A DNA stretch of 64,000 nt from positions 7,301 through 71,300 of the forward strand of contig JAFRQT010000011.1 of NCBI GenBank assembly GCA_017428485.1. The letters are read 5' to 3'. Below are positions 48,546 to 57,990 of this stretch, piece by piece; the first letter of the stretch is position 1, and the number at the start of each line of letters is the position of its first letter. The DNA is from Bacilli bacterium (GTDB lineage Bacteria; Bacillota_I; Bacilli_A; RF39; UBA660). A program made the position numbers and the translations under genes. The notes beneath the pieces are model-generated. The model made no database searches, was not told the origin of the DNA, and saw only the letters and a list, made by a program, of their open reading frames with translations.

Positions 48546-48968
48546 ATGAAAGATAAAAAAGAATTAATAAGAACAATTAAATTTACTCTTTTTTCAATAT
48601 CTGCTGGATTAATTGAAATAGGGCTTTTTACTATATTAGATGAATTTACAAATTTAGATTATTGGATTTGTTATTTGGCTGCACTTATAGCGTCTGTAGT
48701 GTGGAATTTCACATTAAATCGTGAATTTACATTTAAATCTACTGCTAATGTTCCACTAGCAATGACAAAAGTATTTATTTTTTACTTAATTTTTACACCT
48801 GTTTCAACGATATTGGGTAATTATTTAGTCAAAAATTTAGGATGGAATGATTATTTAGTAACAGGTATAAATATGTTATGTAATTTTATACTAGAATATT
48901 TATATGATAAGTATGTTGTTTTTAGAGGAACAATTGATACTAAAGAAAAGAGGATGAAAAGTGAATAA
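48546..48968 (+). CDS. GtrA family membrane protein
   Basis: Four TM segments, WNFTLNR.FTFKS. Confidence 0.85.
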   Translation: MKDKKELIRTIKFTLFSISAGLIEIGLFTILDEFTNLDYWICYLAALIASVVWNFTLNREFTFKSTANVPLAMTKVFIFYLIFTPVSTILGNYLVKNLGWNDYLVTGINMLCNFILEYLYDKYVVFRGTIDTKEKRMKSE

Positions 48969-49446
48969 TATTAAAGAATTATTGAATGATGAAAAGAGTA
49001 TCTTGGTTTTTGATGTTGATGGTGTTTTAGCAGTGTTAGAATTTGGAGAGCACAACCATTATTCATTCAGTGATGAGGATTGGGACAATTATGTGGATAG
49101 TGGAAATAATCCTTACATAGAGGATAAAGTAAGTAAAAAAATGCAGAAATTTATAAATAAAAAAGATAAAAATAAAATTTATGTAATTACCGCTATTGGA
49201 GTAAACAAAGAAGGAGAATATAAGAAGGAATATGTAGAAAAGTACTATGGTATTCTTCCTGAAAATGTTTATTTTGTTGATAGGAATAATGATAAAACAA
49301 GTAAATTAGTTGAGATAAGAAAAAATCACCCGGAAGTTGATGATAGGCATATTATTATGATAGATGATACACCTGATATATTAACAGATATTCAATTAAA
49401 AACTGATTTTTCTACTGCTCATATTAGTTCTTTTTTAGATATTTAG
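48961..49446 (+). CDS. HAD-like hydrolase
   Basis: FDVDGVL, ITA, K, MIDD. Confidence 0.75.
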   Translation: MNNIKELLNDEKSILVFDVDGVLAVLEFGEHNHYSFSDEDWDNYVDSGNNPYIEDKVSKKMQKFINKKDKNKIYVITAIGVNKEGEYKKEYVEKYYGILPENVYFVDRNNDKTSKLVEIRKNHPEVDDRHIIMIDDTPDILTDIQLKTDFSTAHISSFLDI

Positions 49447-49457
49447 GGGATGATATT

Positions 49458-50039
49458 ATGAATACTTTAGTAGTTGCATCTAACAATAAACATAAAATTA
49501 AAGAATTTAAAGAAATAATTAAAAATTATGAAATATTAAGTTTAAGCGATATTGGATTTGATTCTGATATTGAAGAGAATGGCAATACTTTTGCAGAAAA
49601 TGCAATTATAAAAGCAAAAACTATATATGAATATCTAAAGGAAAAAGGACTCAAATACCTTGTTGCTGCTGATGATAGTGGACTATGTGTTCCATCTTTA
49701 AATAATGAACCTGGAATATATAGTGCTAGATATTCTGGAGTACATGGTGACACTCAAGCAAATAGAGACAAATTATTAAATAAAATAAATGGTAAAGATA
49801 GAAGTGCATATTTTATTTGTACTATATGTTTATATTATCCAAATGGAGAATACAAAGTATTCAAAGGTAAAACATTTGGAAAAATAACAACTGAAGAAAT
49901 CGGTAAGAAGGATTTCGGATATGATTGCGTATTTTATTCAAATGATCTTAACAAAACATTTGGTGAAGCAACTGAAGAAGAAAAGAATAGTGTTTCTCAT
50001 AGAGGAAGGGCCATTAGCGAAATGTTAAAAGAAATATAG
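49458..50039 (+). CDS. rdgB: non-canonical purine NTP pyrophosphatase
   Basis: SNNKHKIKE, ENA..KA, DDSGL, PGIYSAR, FGYD, SHRG. Confidence 0.95.
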   Translation: MNTLVVASNNKHKIKEFKEIIKNYEILSLSDIGFDSDIEENGNTFAENAIIKAKTIYEYLKEKGLKYLVAADDSGLCVPSLNNEPGIYSARYSGVHGDTQANRDKLLNKINGKDRSAYFICTICLYYPNGEYKVFKGKTFGKITTEEIGKKDFGYDCVFYSNDLNKTFGEATEEEKNSVSHRGRAISEMLKEI

Positions 50040-50144
50040 TAATTATATTTCTTTTTTAACATACTTGATTATTTACTAATAATATATTATAATATGTGCC
50101 TTATTTGTGTGAATAAATAACATAAAGAATAGTTGGTGATTGAT

Positions 50145-50810
50145 ATGAGTTTTTTATCTTTATTTTTATCAGGAAAAAGTAATACTACCGGTATGTATAA
50201 CTATGATATACGAGAATTAATTGAGAATTTTAGTTTTTATGATTTTATTAGTAAAGCTCCAAGACGTGATATATTTGATTATGGTGCTTTTGCTGTATTT
50301 ACCGATCAACAATATGTAATTGGATATAATTCCGGATTTGGAATTGGTACGCATTATAGCTCTTTTGCTAGATTTATGAAAGATATTCACGGTGGTGGAT
50401 ATATTATTAATACAAATGATGCTAATAAATTATCTGATAAATGTATGTTTGATTTCATTACTGCCAAAATATATTATGAGGAAGCACTAAATGAAGGGTG
50501 TGTAACTAATAAATACTGGGGTGGCGCAAGATTTATTATGCCAGTTAGAAAAATATCTTTAAATCAATTGAAGTTATTTAGAAAATTTTATGATGAATAC
50601 AATGAGGATTTAAAATATGCAATTAAAAAAAGTAATGGTACTTTTGATGTTTCTTATCAGTGTAATAAAGGTAAGGTTGTTGGTAAACTCGATAGCTTAG
50701 ATGAAGTATTAAAATATATAGAAGAACATGTTGATTTAGATTATATTCCTGAAGAAAAAGATGAGATAATTTTAGGTACTGGATTAGGAAAAACAAGAAA
50801 ATTAAAATAA
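50145..50810 (+). CDS. hypothetical protein
   Basis: Long ORF with GGTGA RBS; no motif recognised. Confidence 0.65.
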   Translation: MSFLSLFLSGKSNTTGMYNYDIRELIENFSFYDFISKAPRRDIFDYGAFAVFTDQQYVIGYNSGFGIGTHYSSFARFMKDIHGGGYIINTNDANKLSDKCMFDFITAKIYYEEALNEGCVTNKYWGGARFIMPVRKISLNQLKLFRKFYDEYNEDLKYAIKKSNGTFDVSYQCNKGKVVGKLDSLDEVLKYIEEHVDLDYIPEEKDEIILGTGLGKTRKLK

Positions 50811-50824
50811 TTTTTAAAAAAGTG

Positions 50825-50853
50825 TTGACATATTATTTTGTTTTTAATATAAT
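50825..50853 (+). promoter_or_regulatory. consensus sigmaA promoter of the NAD salvage operon
   Basis: TTGACA-17 nt-TATAAT. Confidence 0.85.
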
Positions 50854-50934
50854 GTTAATAACAAGAGCAGAAAGATCTGCTTTTAATAAAAACTCTGTTA
50901 TTAACAAAATGTTAAAAAGAAAGGAGCTGTTAAT

Positions 50935-51513
50935 ATGAAGAGAAAAGAAGAACTAAAAAAATTACTTGTTGTTGTAGACATGGTGAATGGATTTATCAAA
51001 AAGGGAGCAATGGCTGATCCATATATTAATCACATTACTCCAGAATTAATTAAACTTGTAGAGGGAACACTAAGTGAGGATGAAGGAGTTGCGTTTGTTA
51101 AAGATACACATGATACTACTTCAACTGAATTTAAGAAATTTCCAGCACACTGTGTAATAGGAAGTGGTGAAGAAGAATTAATTGATGAATTAAAACCATA
51201 TGAAAGTGAATCACTTACTTATGAAAAAAATTCAACAAGTACAATATTTGCTAAGAACTTTTTAAATGATATTGAGTCAATGAAAAAATTAAGAGAAGTA
51301 ATTGTAACAGGATGCTGTACAGATATATGTGTATTAAATCTAGTAATACCACTAATTAACTATTTTGACGAGCATAATAAAGATGTAGATGTTATTGTTA
51401 GAAAAGATTTAGTTGAAACATATGATGCTCCTACACATGGTAGAAGTGAATATAATGAAATGGCACTTAAATTAATGAAACAAGCAGGTGCTAAGATAAT
51501 GGAGGGAAAGTAA
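50935..51513 (+). CDS. pncA: nicotinamidase
   Basis: VVDMVNGF, DTH, FPAHC, K, GCCTDICV; NAD operon context. Confidence 0.85.
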   Translation: MKRKEELKKLLVVVDMVNGFIKKGAMADPYINHITPELIKLVEGTLSEDEGVAFVKDTHDTTSTEFKKFPAHCVIGSGEEELIDELKPYESESLTYEKNSTSTIFAKNFLNDIESMKKLREVIVTGCCTDICVLNLVIPLINYFDEHNKDVDVIVRKDLVETYDAPTHGRSEYNEMALKLMKQAGAKIMEGK

Positions 51514-51514
51514 A

Positions 51515-51952
51515 ATGAAATATAATGAAGAATTATATAGTATGAGTAAAACAGCTCAACGTGCACAATTAATACAAAAAAAGAATAAAAAAGAGATTTC
51601 TACAATGCAAAAAAGACTGCTTAAATATATTTTAAAAGAATTAAGAAGAAAAATATATGATCCACAATCAATTAATAATGGTTATATAGAAATAATATTT
51701 TTTGATAGATTTTTTAGCAAACCTGATCCAGGATACGAAGAAATAAAAGAATTAATTAATAGTAATAACTTTTATAGTTTTGCAAGTGAGTATTGTATTT
51801 ATCTTAGTGAAGTTGAAAATCGTTGTGATGACTTTCATTCATCATATTATAAATTAGTTTGGGATTATCAAACATATTTTAATTCAATAAAAAAAGAAGC
51901 TGCTCAAAGAAAATTAAAACAAAAAAATAATGCTTATAAAGGAGAAAATTAA
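51515..51952 (+). CDS. hypothetical protein in the NAD operon
   Basis: GGAGG RBS; tightly packed between pncA and pncB. Confidence 0.65.
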   Translation: MKYNEELYSMSKTAQRAQLIQKKNKKEISTMQKRLLKYILKELRRKIYDPQSINNGYIEIIFFDRFFSKPDPGYEEIKELINSNNFYSFASEYCIYLSEVENRCDDFHSSYYKLVWDYQTYFNSIKKEAAQRKLKQKNNAYKGEN

Positions 51953-51953
51953 A

Positions 51954-53396
51954 ATGGAAAGATTACCAAGAAATTATACAATGTTAACAGATGCGTATGA
52001 ATTGTTTATGTCAGATTCATATACTAAAACAAAAGAAGGAACTGAAGGAGTATTTGATTTATTTTATAGAGTTGTACCAAATGGTGGTGGATATACTATT
52101 ATGGCAGGGCTTGATAAAGTAATCGAATATATTCAAAATTTAAAATTTACAGATGAAGATATAGAATATTTTAAAAAATCTGGTTATAACTTTAGTGAAG
52201 AATTTTTAGATTATCTAAGAAACTTTAAATTCACTGGAGATATATATGCTATTCCAGATGGAACTCCAGTGTTCCCAAATGAACCATTAGTTACAGTAAA
52301 AGCTCCTTTAATTGAAGCACAAATAATTGAAACTGCAATGTTATCAATAATAAATGGAGCTAAAGAACATGCAACTGGTGCCAGAAGATTAGTAGAAGCA
52401 ACACCTAAAAATGTAAAAATCATGGAATTTGGAGCCCGTAGAGCAGATGGACTTGAAGCTGCGATTGATTCTTCTATTTATGGAATCATGGCTGGATGTG
52501 CAGGTACTAGTAACGTACAAGCAGCTCAAATGTTGGGCATCAAAGCACTAGGTACTATGGCACACAGTTTTGTTGAATCATTTGATAATGAATTAGATGC
52601 ATTTATTGCATTTGCAAAAACTCATCCAGATAATGCAACATTACTTGTTGATACATTTGATACTTTAAAATGTGGCGTACCTAATGCTATTAAAACATTT
52701 GACTGGATGAAAGAAAATGGATACCCAACAGATCATATTGGAATTCGTATTGATTCAGGAGATCTTGCATATTTATCTAAAGAAGCAAGAAAAATGCTAG
52801 ATGATGCAGGATATACAAATGCTAAAATATGTTTAAGCAATGGCCTTACAGCTGAAACAATTGAATCATTAACTAGTCAAGGTGCTTTCTTTGATTCACT
52901 AGGAGTAGGTGATAATATTTCTAAACCAGCTGGTAGAATGGGAGCTGTATATAAAGAGGTTGCAATAATTGAGGATGGAAAAAGAACTCCAAAAATTAAA
53001 GTAAGTAATGACATAATTAAAATTGTTAATCCAGATTTCAAAGATTTATATAGAGCATATGATAAAAACACTGGTTATGCCATAGCAGATATTATGTGTA
53101 GTAAAGACAAAAAAATGCCTGAAAGAAATATGAAAATAATAAGCATTAATGATTTAATTACTAATACTACTATAGATGATTATAGATTAGTTAAACTTCA
53201 AAAACCAATATTCATAAATGGAAAATTAGTTTATAATGATCCAACCATATTTGAAAAGCAGGCATATTGTGAAGAACAAATGCAAACATTATATCCAGAA
53301 GTTAAAAGAACATTAAATCCACATAGATATTATGTAGATGGAACTGAAGAATATGTTAATTTAAAAAATCAAATGATTCTAAGTCATAGGAGATAA
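51954..53396 (+). CDS. pncB: nicotinate phosphoribosyltransferase
   Basis: LTDAYEL.M, FPNEP, EFGARRA, GTMAHS, LVDTFD, IRIDSGD. Confidence 0.95.
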   Translation: MERLPRNYTMLTDAYELFMSDSYTKTKEGTEGVFDLFYRVVPNGGGYTIMAGLDKVIEYIQNLKFTDEDIEYFKKSGYNFSEEFLDYLRNFKFTGDIYAIPDGTPVFPNEPLVTVKAPLIEAQIIETAMLSIINGAKEHATGARRLVEATPKNVKIMEFGARRADGLEAAIDSSIYGIMAGCAGTSNVQAAQMLGIKALGTMAHSFVESFDNELDAFIAFAKTHPDNATLLVDTFDTLKCGVPNAIKTFDWMKENGYPTDHIGIRIDSGDLAYLSKEARKMLDDAGYTNAKICLSNGLTAETIESLTSQGAFFDSLGVGDNISKPAGRMGAVYKEVAIIEDGKRTPKIKVSNDIIKIVNPDFKDLYRAYDKNTGYAIADIMCSKDKKMPERNMKIISINDLITNTTIDDYRLVKLQKPIFINGKLVYNDPTIFEKQAYCEEQMQTLYPEVKRTLNPHRYYVDGTEEYVNLKNQMILSHRR

Positions 53397-53398
53397 CT

Positions 53399-53983
53399 AT
53401 GAGAAAAGATAAATTAAATGAATTAAAAAGATATTCTGGTGAACTAAAGTGGATATCAAATGAACTTGTTCATGATAATAAAAATAGATTTGTTAGTGTT
53501 ATTCCTAGAAAGTTTATTTTAAATAATGGAATGGTTATTCCAAGAGAACAAATATTAAAGAATAATATTGATGGTTCAGCAGTTATTGTTGTTCCAAGAG
53601 TAAAAAATGAATTACTTGTTACAGTTGAACCTCGTGTATTTACTGAAAAGAAAATAGCAGTAGGTTTTCCAGCCGGGTATATTGAAGAAGGCGAAACGCC
53701 AATAAATGCTGCGATACGTGAACTAAGGGAAGAAACAGGATATGTACCACAAGCTATGACAGAACTTGATGCATTTTATCAAGATGAAGGAATTAGTGCT
53801 GCATACAATCATATATTTTTTGCAGATAACTGTGAGAAAAGATATAATCAAAAATTAGATCCAAATGAAGTGGTTAGATATATGACATTTACTTATGATG
53901 AAATATTAGAATTAGAAGATATGGGATATGTAAGTGGATCTAATTCTAAACTTGCATTATGCAGAGTAAAGAAATATTTATAA
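53399..53983 (+). CDS. Nudix hydrolase (ADP-ribose pyrophosphatase-like)
   Basis: PAGYIEEGETPINAAIRELREETGY. Confidence 0.85.
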   Translation: MRKDKLNELKRYSGELKWISNELVHDNKNRFVSVIPRKFILNNGMVIPREQILKNNIDGSAVIVVPRVKNELLVTVEPRVFTEKKIAVGFPAGYIEEGETPINAAIRELREETGYVPQAMTELDAFYQDEGISAAYNHIFFADNCEKRYNQKLDPNEVVRYMTFTYDEILELEDMGYVSGSNSKLALCRVKKYL

Positions 53984-53997
53984 AGAGAGGTTAAAAT

Positions 53998-54750
53998 ATG
54001 TTTGATGTAAAAAGAGAGACAAATAATATTGTTAAATTTATTAAAGACTATTTTAAAAAGAATAATTTAAAGGGAGTTGTTTTGGGAATTAGTGGAGGTA
54101 AAGATTCAGCAGTTGTAGCTGCATTATTTGCAAAAGCACTAGGAAGTGAAAATGTTCTCGGAGTAACTCTTCCTTGTCATTCACATATAAGTGATAAAAA
54201 TGATGCACAATTAGTAGCAGATAAATTTAGTTTTGAATTAATTAATCTTGATTTAACAAAAACCTATGATAGTTTTATAAATGAAATTGATAAACTTGGA
54301 AATTTTACTGAAAGTCAGATTAAAAATAGTAATATTAATATAAAACCAAGGCTTAGAATGGCAAGTGTATATTATTTAGCTGCTCTTTACTCAGAACTTA
54401 AAGGCGGAACCTATATAGTTGCTGGAACATCAAATCTTTGTGAACTATATGTTGGTTATTTTACTAAAGGTGGAGATTCAACATATGATATTGGAGTTTT
54501 AAATAATTATACTGTTGATGAAGTTATTAAAATTGGGGAATATTTAAAAGTACCTGATACAGTTATTCATAAAGCTCCTAGTGATGGACTTAGTGGAATG
54601 ACTGATGAAGATAAATTAGGTGTTAAGTATAAAGATATAGCTTCTTATATAAATAAAGAAAAATTAGATGAAGAAGTTACTAAGAGAATAGAAAAATTAC
54701 ATAATAATGCTAATCATAAATTTAATATACCTGTATATCAAAGAAAATAA
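53998..54750 (+). CDS. nadE: NH3-dependent NAD+ synthetase
   Basis: GISGGKDS, N.KPRLRM, GT.N..E..GYFTK.GD, K.PSDGL. Confidence 0.95.
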   Translation: MFDVKRETNNIVKFIKDYFKKNNLKGVVLGISGGKDSAVVAALFAKALGSENVLGVTLPCHSHISDKNDAQLVADKFSFELINLDLTKTYDSFINEIDKLGNFTESQIKNSNINIKPRLRMASVYYLAALYSELKGGTYIVAGTSNLCELYVGYFTKGGDSTYDIGVLNNYTVDEVIKIGEYLKVPDTVIHKAPSDGLSGMTDEDKLGVKYKDIASYINKEKLDEEVTKRIEKLHNNANHKFNIPVYQRK

Positions 54751-54762
54751 TGGAGGTACTAT

Positions 54763-55140
54763 ATGAAAATGTATATTAAAGCAACAGAATTTTTAGGAAT
54801 ACTAAGTGCTTATTATAGTGAACTATTTGGACATGAAGTAAAAGTAGAATCAGAGTGTTACCATGATATTGAAGGATATGGATTAAATGCAATGCCTATA
54901 TCAAAAGTAAGATTTTCATATGAAACCGAAATAAAAATATACAATCATACAGTTACTCAAACAAATGAATTGAGTACAGAAGACATCAAAGATGCATTTT
55001 CCAAAATACTAGAACAATACGATGTTGAAAATATTAGAAATGAAGTATGTGAATCAGATCGTTATAATAGTAGTTTAGATTTTATCGGTGTTGAGTTAAC
55101 ATTAAGAGAAAAACAAAAATGTATGGGATTGAGGCAATAA
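54763..55140 (+). CDS. hypothetical protein in the NAD operon
   Basis: GGAGG RBS; resembles the partial ORF at 63882. Confidence 0.65.
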   Translation: MKMYIKATEFLGILSAYYSELFGHEVKVESECYHDIEGYGLNAMPISKVRFSYETEIKIYNHTVTQTNELSTEDIKDAFSKILEQYDVENIRNEVCESDRYNSSLDFIGVELTLREKQKCMGLRQ

Positions 55141-55141
55141 T

Positions 55142-55699
55142 ATGAAAGTAGGAGTATTTGTAGGTAGTTTTAATCCATTACATCTAGGACATGAAAAAGT
55201 TATAGAACTTATATTGAATAAAAAAATAGTTGATAGAGTTATAGTTATACCTACATTATCATATTGGGATAAAAGTATAGATGTTAGTCTTGAAGATAGA
55301 ATTAATATGTTAAAAACTATCGAAAATGATAAAGTAGTTATTAATACAGCATTAAATAATAAGAAATATACATATGAAATTTTAAATGAATTAAGTAAAG
55401 AATATAGTGATTTATATTTAATAATTGGTGCTGATAATATTGTTAGTTTTAATAAATGGAAAAATCTAGTTAATATATTAAAACATCATGTAATAGTTGT
55501 AGAAAGAAATAATATAAACATTAATTATTATTTAAAAAATTTTAATAAAAGTAGATTTATTATAGTAGAAGATAATAATATTGAAATATCTTCTACTGAC
55601 ATTAGAAATTATATTAAAAATAATGACTTTAATTCATTAAAAGGAATAGTTAATAATAAAGTAATAGAATATATAAAAAGCAAAAAACTATATTTATAG
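55142..55699 (+). CDS. nadD: nicotinate-nucleotide adenylyltransferase
   Basis: GSFNPLHLGH, IIGADN, W, ISSTDIR. Confidence 0.93.
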   Translation: MKVGVFVGSFNPLHLGHEKVIELILNKKIVDRVIVIPTLSYWDKSIDVSLEDRINMLKTIENDKVVINTALNNKKYTYEILNELSKEYSDLYLIIGADNIVSFNKWKNLVNILKHHVIVVERNNININYYLKNFNKSRFIIVEDNNIEISSTDIRNYIKNNDFNSLKGIVNNKVIEYIKSKKLYL

Positions 55700-55707
55700 G
55701 AGATTAT

Positions 55708-56187
55708 ATGGAAAAAATTGTTAACAAATTAATTGAATTAAATAAAACCATCAGTACTATGGAATCATGTACAGGTGGTTTTCTAGTTAGTGAAATAACT
55801 AATATAAGTGGATCATCTGAAGTACTTAAGTTTAGTGCAGTGACTTATTCAAATGAGTATAAAATAAAAATGGGAGTTAATCCAAAAACAATAGATAAAT
55901 ATTCTGTATATAGTATTGAAGTTGCGCGTGAAATGGGTAAATGCATAAGCGACTTTACTAGTTCTAATTATGGGATAGGTATAACAGGTAAAATTAATAA
56001 TCCTGATAAAAATAACATGTTTGGTAAAGATAATGCAGTATTTTTTAGTATATATGATAGAGAAAATAATAAATATTTTGATAATAAAATAACAGTTAAA
56101 AATCAAAGTAGAAGTTTGTGCAAAAAAGATATTGTTAATAAAATAATTAATGAAATGTATAAAATATTAGAAATAAATAATAAATAA
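55708..56187 (+). CDS. pncC: CinA C-terminal domain / NMN deamidase
   Basis: ESCTGG, GSS, TYSNE.K, GITG. Confidence 0.8.
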   Translation: MEKIVNKLIELNKTISTMESCTGGFLVSEITNISGSSEVLKFSAVTYSNEYKIKMGVNPKTIDKYSVYSIEVAREMGKCISDFTSSNYGIGITGKINNPDKNNMFGKDNAVFFSIYDRENNKYFDNKITVKNQSRSLCKKDIVNKIINEMYKILEINNK

Positions 56188-56230
56188 GTTAAATATATGA
56201 TAAAATATATATGTCATATGAGGTGAAAAT

Positions 56231-57058
56231 ATGGAAAAAGAATATAATTCTGAAGAAGAATTTCTAAATGATTATGATTCTTCACAATTTGAAAAATTAT
56301 CTATGACTGTTGATATACTTGTTTTAAGTGTTTCAAATGAAGAAACAAGTAATTATAGAAAAACTGATAAAAAGAAAATGAGCATTCTTTTAGTTAAAAG
56401 AAATCAGTATCCTTTTAAAGACAAATGGTGTTTACCAGGTGGATTTATTGGAATAGATGAAAACCTAGATGATGCTCCAATGAGAGTACTTAAAAGAGAA
56501 ACTAATGTAGATAATATTTATTTAGAACAATTATATACATTTGGTGATACTAAAAGAGATCCTCGTATGAGAATAGTATCTAGTGCTTATATGGCATTAA
56601 TAGATAAAAATAAGTTAGATACTAGTTTAAATACAAATGCATCTTGGTTTGATGTTGTTAGTATTGAAGAAAAAAATAATTTGGTAAATATAATTCTTAA
56701 TAATGGAAAAGAAACAATATCATTTACAATAAGAAAAGAACTAAAAGAAAAAACAACAGATAGATATAAATTTGTTGAAGTAGAAAATGATAAAATTGCT
56801 TTTGACCATACAATAGTCATATTATCTGGACTTGAAAGATTGAGAAATAAAGTAGAATATACTGATGTTGTATTTAATATGATGCCTGATTTATTTACAT
56901 TAGGAGAACTACAACAAGTATATGAAGTAATACTAAACAAAAAATTACTTGATCCAGCATTTAGAAGAATAATTGCTGATAAAGTAGTTAAAACAAATAA
57001 ATTAAAAACAGGTGGGGGACATAGGCCATCATATCTATTTGAATATAAACACAAATAA
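56231..57058 (+). CDS. nrtR: Nudix-related transcriptional regulator
   Basis: TVD, WCLPGGF, LEQLYTF, RDPR, AFDH, FTL.ELQ.VYE, FRR, HRP. Confidence 0.9.
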   Translation: MEKEYNSEEEFLNDYDSSQFEKLSMTVDILVLSVSNEETSNYRKTDKKKMSILLVKRNQYPFKDKWCLPGGFIGIDENLDDAPMRVLKRETNVDNIYLEQLYTFGDTKRDPRMRIVSSAYMALIDKNKLDTSLNTNASWFDVVSIEEKNNLVNIILNNGKETISFTIRKELKEKTTDRYKFVEVENDKIAFDHTIVILSGLERLRNKVEYTDVVFNMMPDLFTLGELQQVYEVILNKKLLDPAFRRIIADKVVKTNKLKTGGGHRPSYLFEYKHK

Positions 57059-57073
57059 CAAGGAGGATAAATT

Positions 57074-57982
57074 ATGTATGATACAATAATTGTTGGTGCT
57101 GGTACAGCAGGACTTACTGCTGCAATATATCTAAGAAGAGCTTCAAAGAAAGTATTGGTATTTGAGGCAAAAAGTTATGGAGGACAGATAATAAATGCAT
57201 CGATTATTGATAATTATCCAGCTGAACCTCATATATCTGGATTTGATTTTGCTACTAAATTATACAATCAAGCTAAAGAATTAGGTTCCGAAATAAGATT
57301 TGAAAAAGTAGTTAATATTGAAGATGGAGACATCAAAAAAGTAATAACTGAGAAGGACACTTATGAATGTAAAACTATCATTTTAGCAACTGGTTCTGAT
57401 AATAGAAAACTTGGTTTAGAAGATGAAGATAAATTAATTGGTAAAGGTATATCTTATTGTGCTACATGTGATGGAAACTTTTATAAAAATAAAGTAGTTG
57501 CAGTGGCAGGTGGAGGAAACAGTGCAATAGAAGATGCATTATATTTATCTAATTTAGCCTCAAAAGTATATGTTATCCATAGACGTGATGAATTCAGAGC
57601 AGAAGATAAATTACTAAATGAATTAAAGGAAAAGAATAATGTGGAGTTTATTCTAAATAGTAATGTAACTAAACTCAATTCAAATGATTTACTGGAAAGT
57701 ATTGAGCTTACAGATAAAGATGGAAATAAAAAAGTAATTAACTTAGATGGACTTTTTATAGCAGTAGGAAGAATACCCGAAAATGAGAATTTTGCATCCA
57801 TAGTTAATTTAAATGAAAATGGATATGTTATTGCAACTGAAGATTGTAATACTAATGTCCCTGGCATTTTTGTAGCAGGAGATAATAGAACTAAAACTGT
57901 AAGACAATTGGTTACTGCTGCTAGTGATGGAGCTGTTGCGGCAAGTGAAGCAATAAAATATATAAATAAAAATAAACTGTAA
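57074..57982 (+). CDS. trxB: thioredoxin reductase
   Basis: GAGTAGLTAA, SYCATCDG, GGGNSA, HRR, AGD. Confidence 0.93.
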   Translation: MYDTIIVGAGTAGLTAAIYLRRASKKVLVFEAKSYGGQIINASIIDNYPAEPHISGFDFATKLYNQAKELGSEIRFEKVVNIEDGDIKKVITEKDTYECKTIILATGSDNRKLGLEDEDKLIGKGISYCATCDGNFYKNKVVAVAGGGNSAIEDALYLSNLASKVYVIHRRDEFRAEDKLLNELKEKNNVEFILNSNVTKLNSNDLLESIELTDKDGNKKVINLDGLFIAVGRIPENENFASIVNLNENGYVIATEDCNTNVPGIFVAGDNRTKTVRQLVTAASDGAVAASEAIKYINKNKL

Positions 57983-57990
57983 TTTACAGT

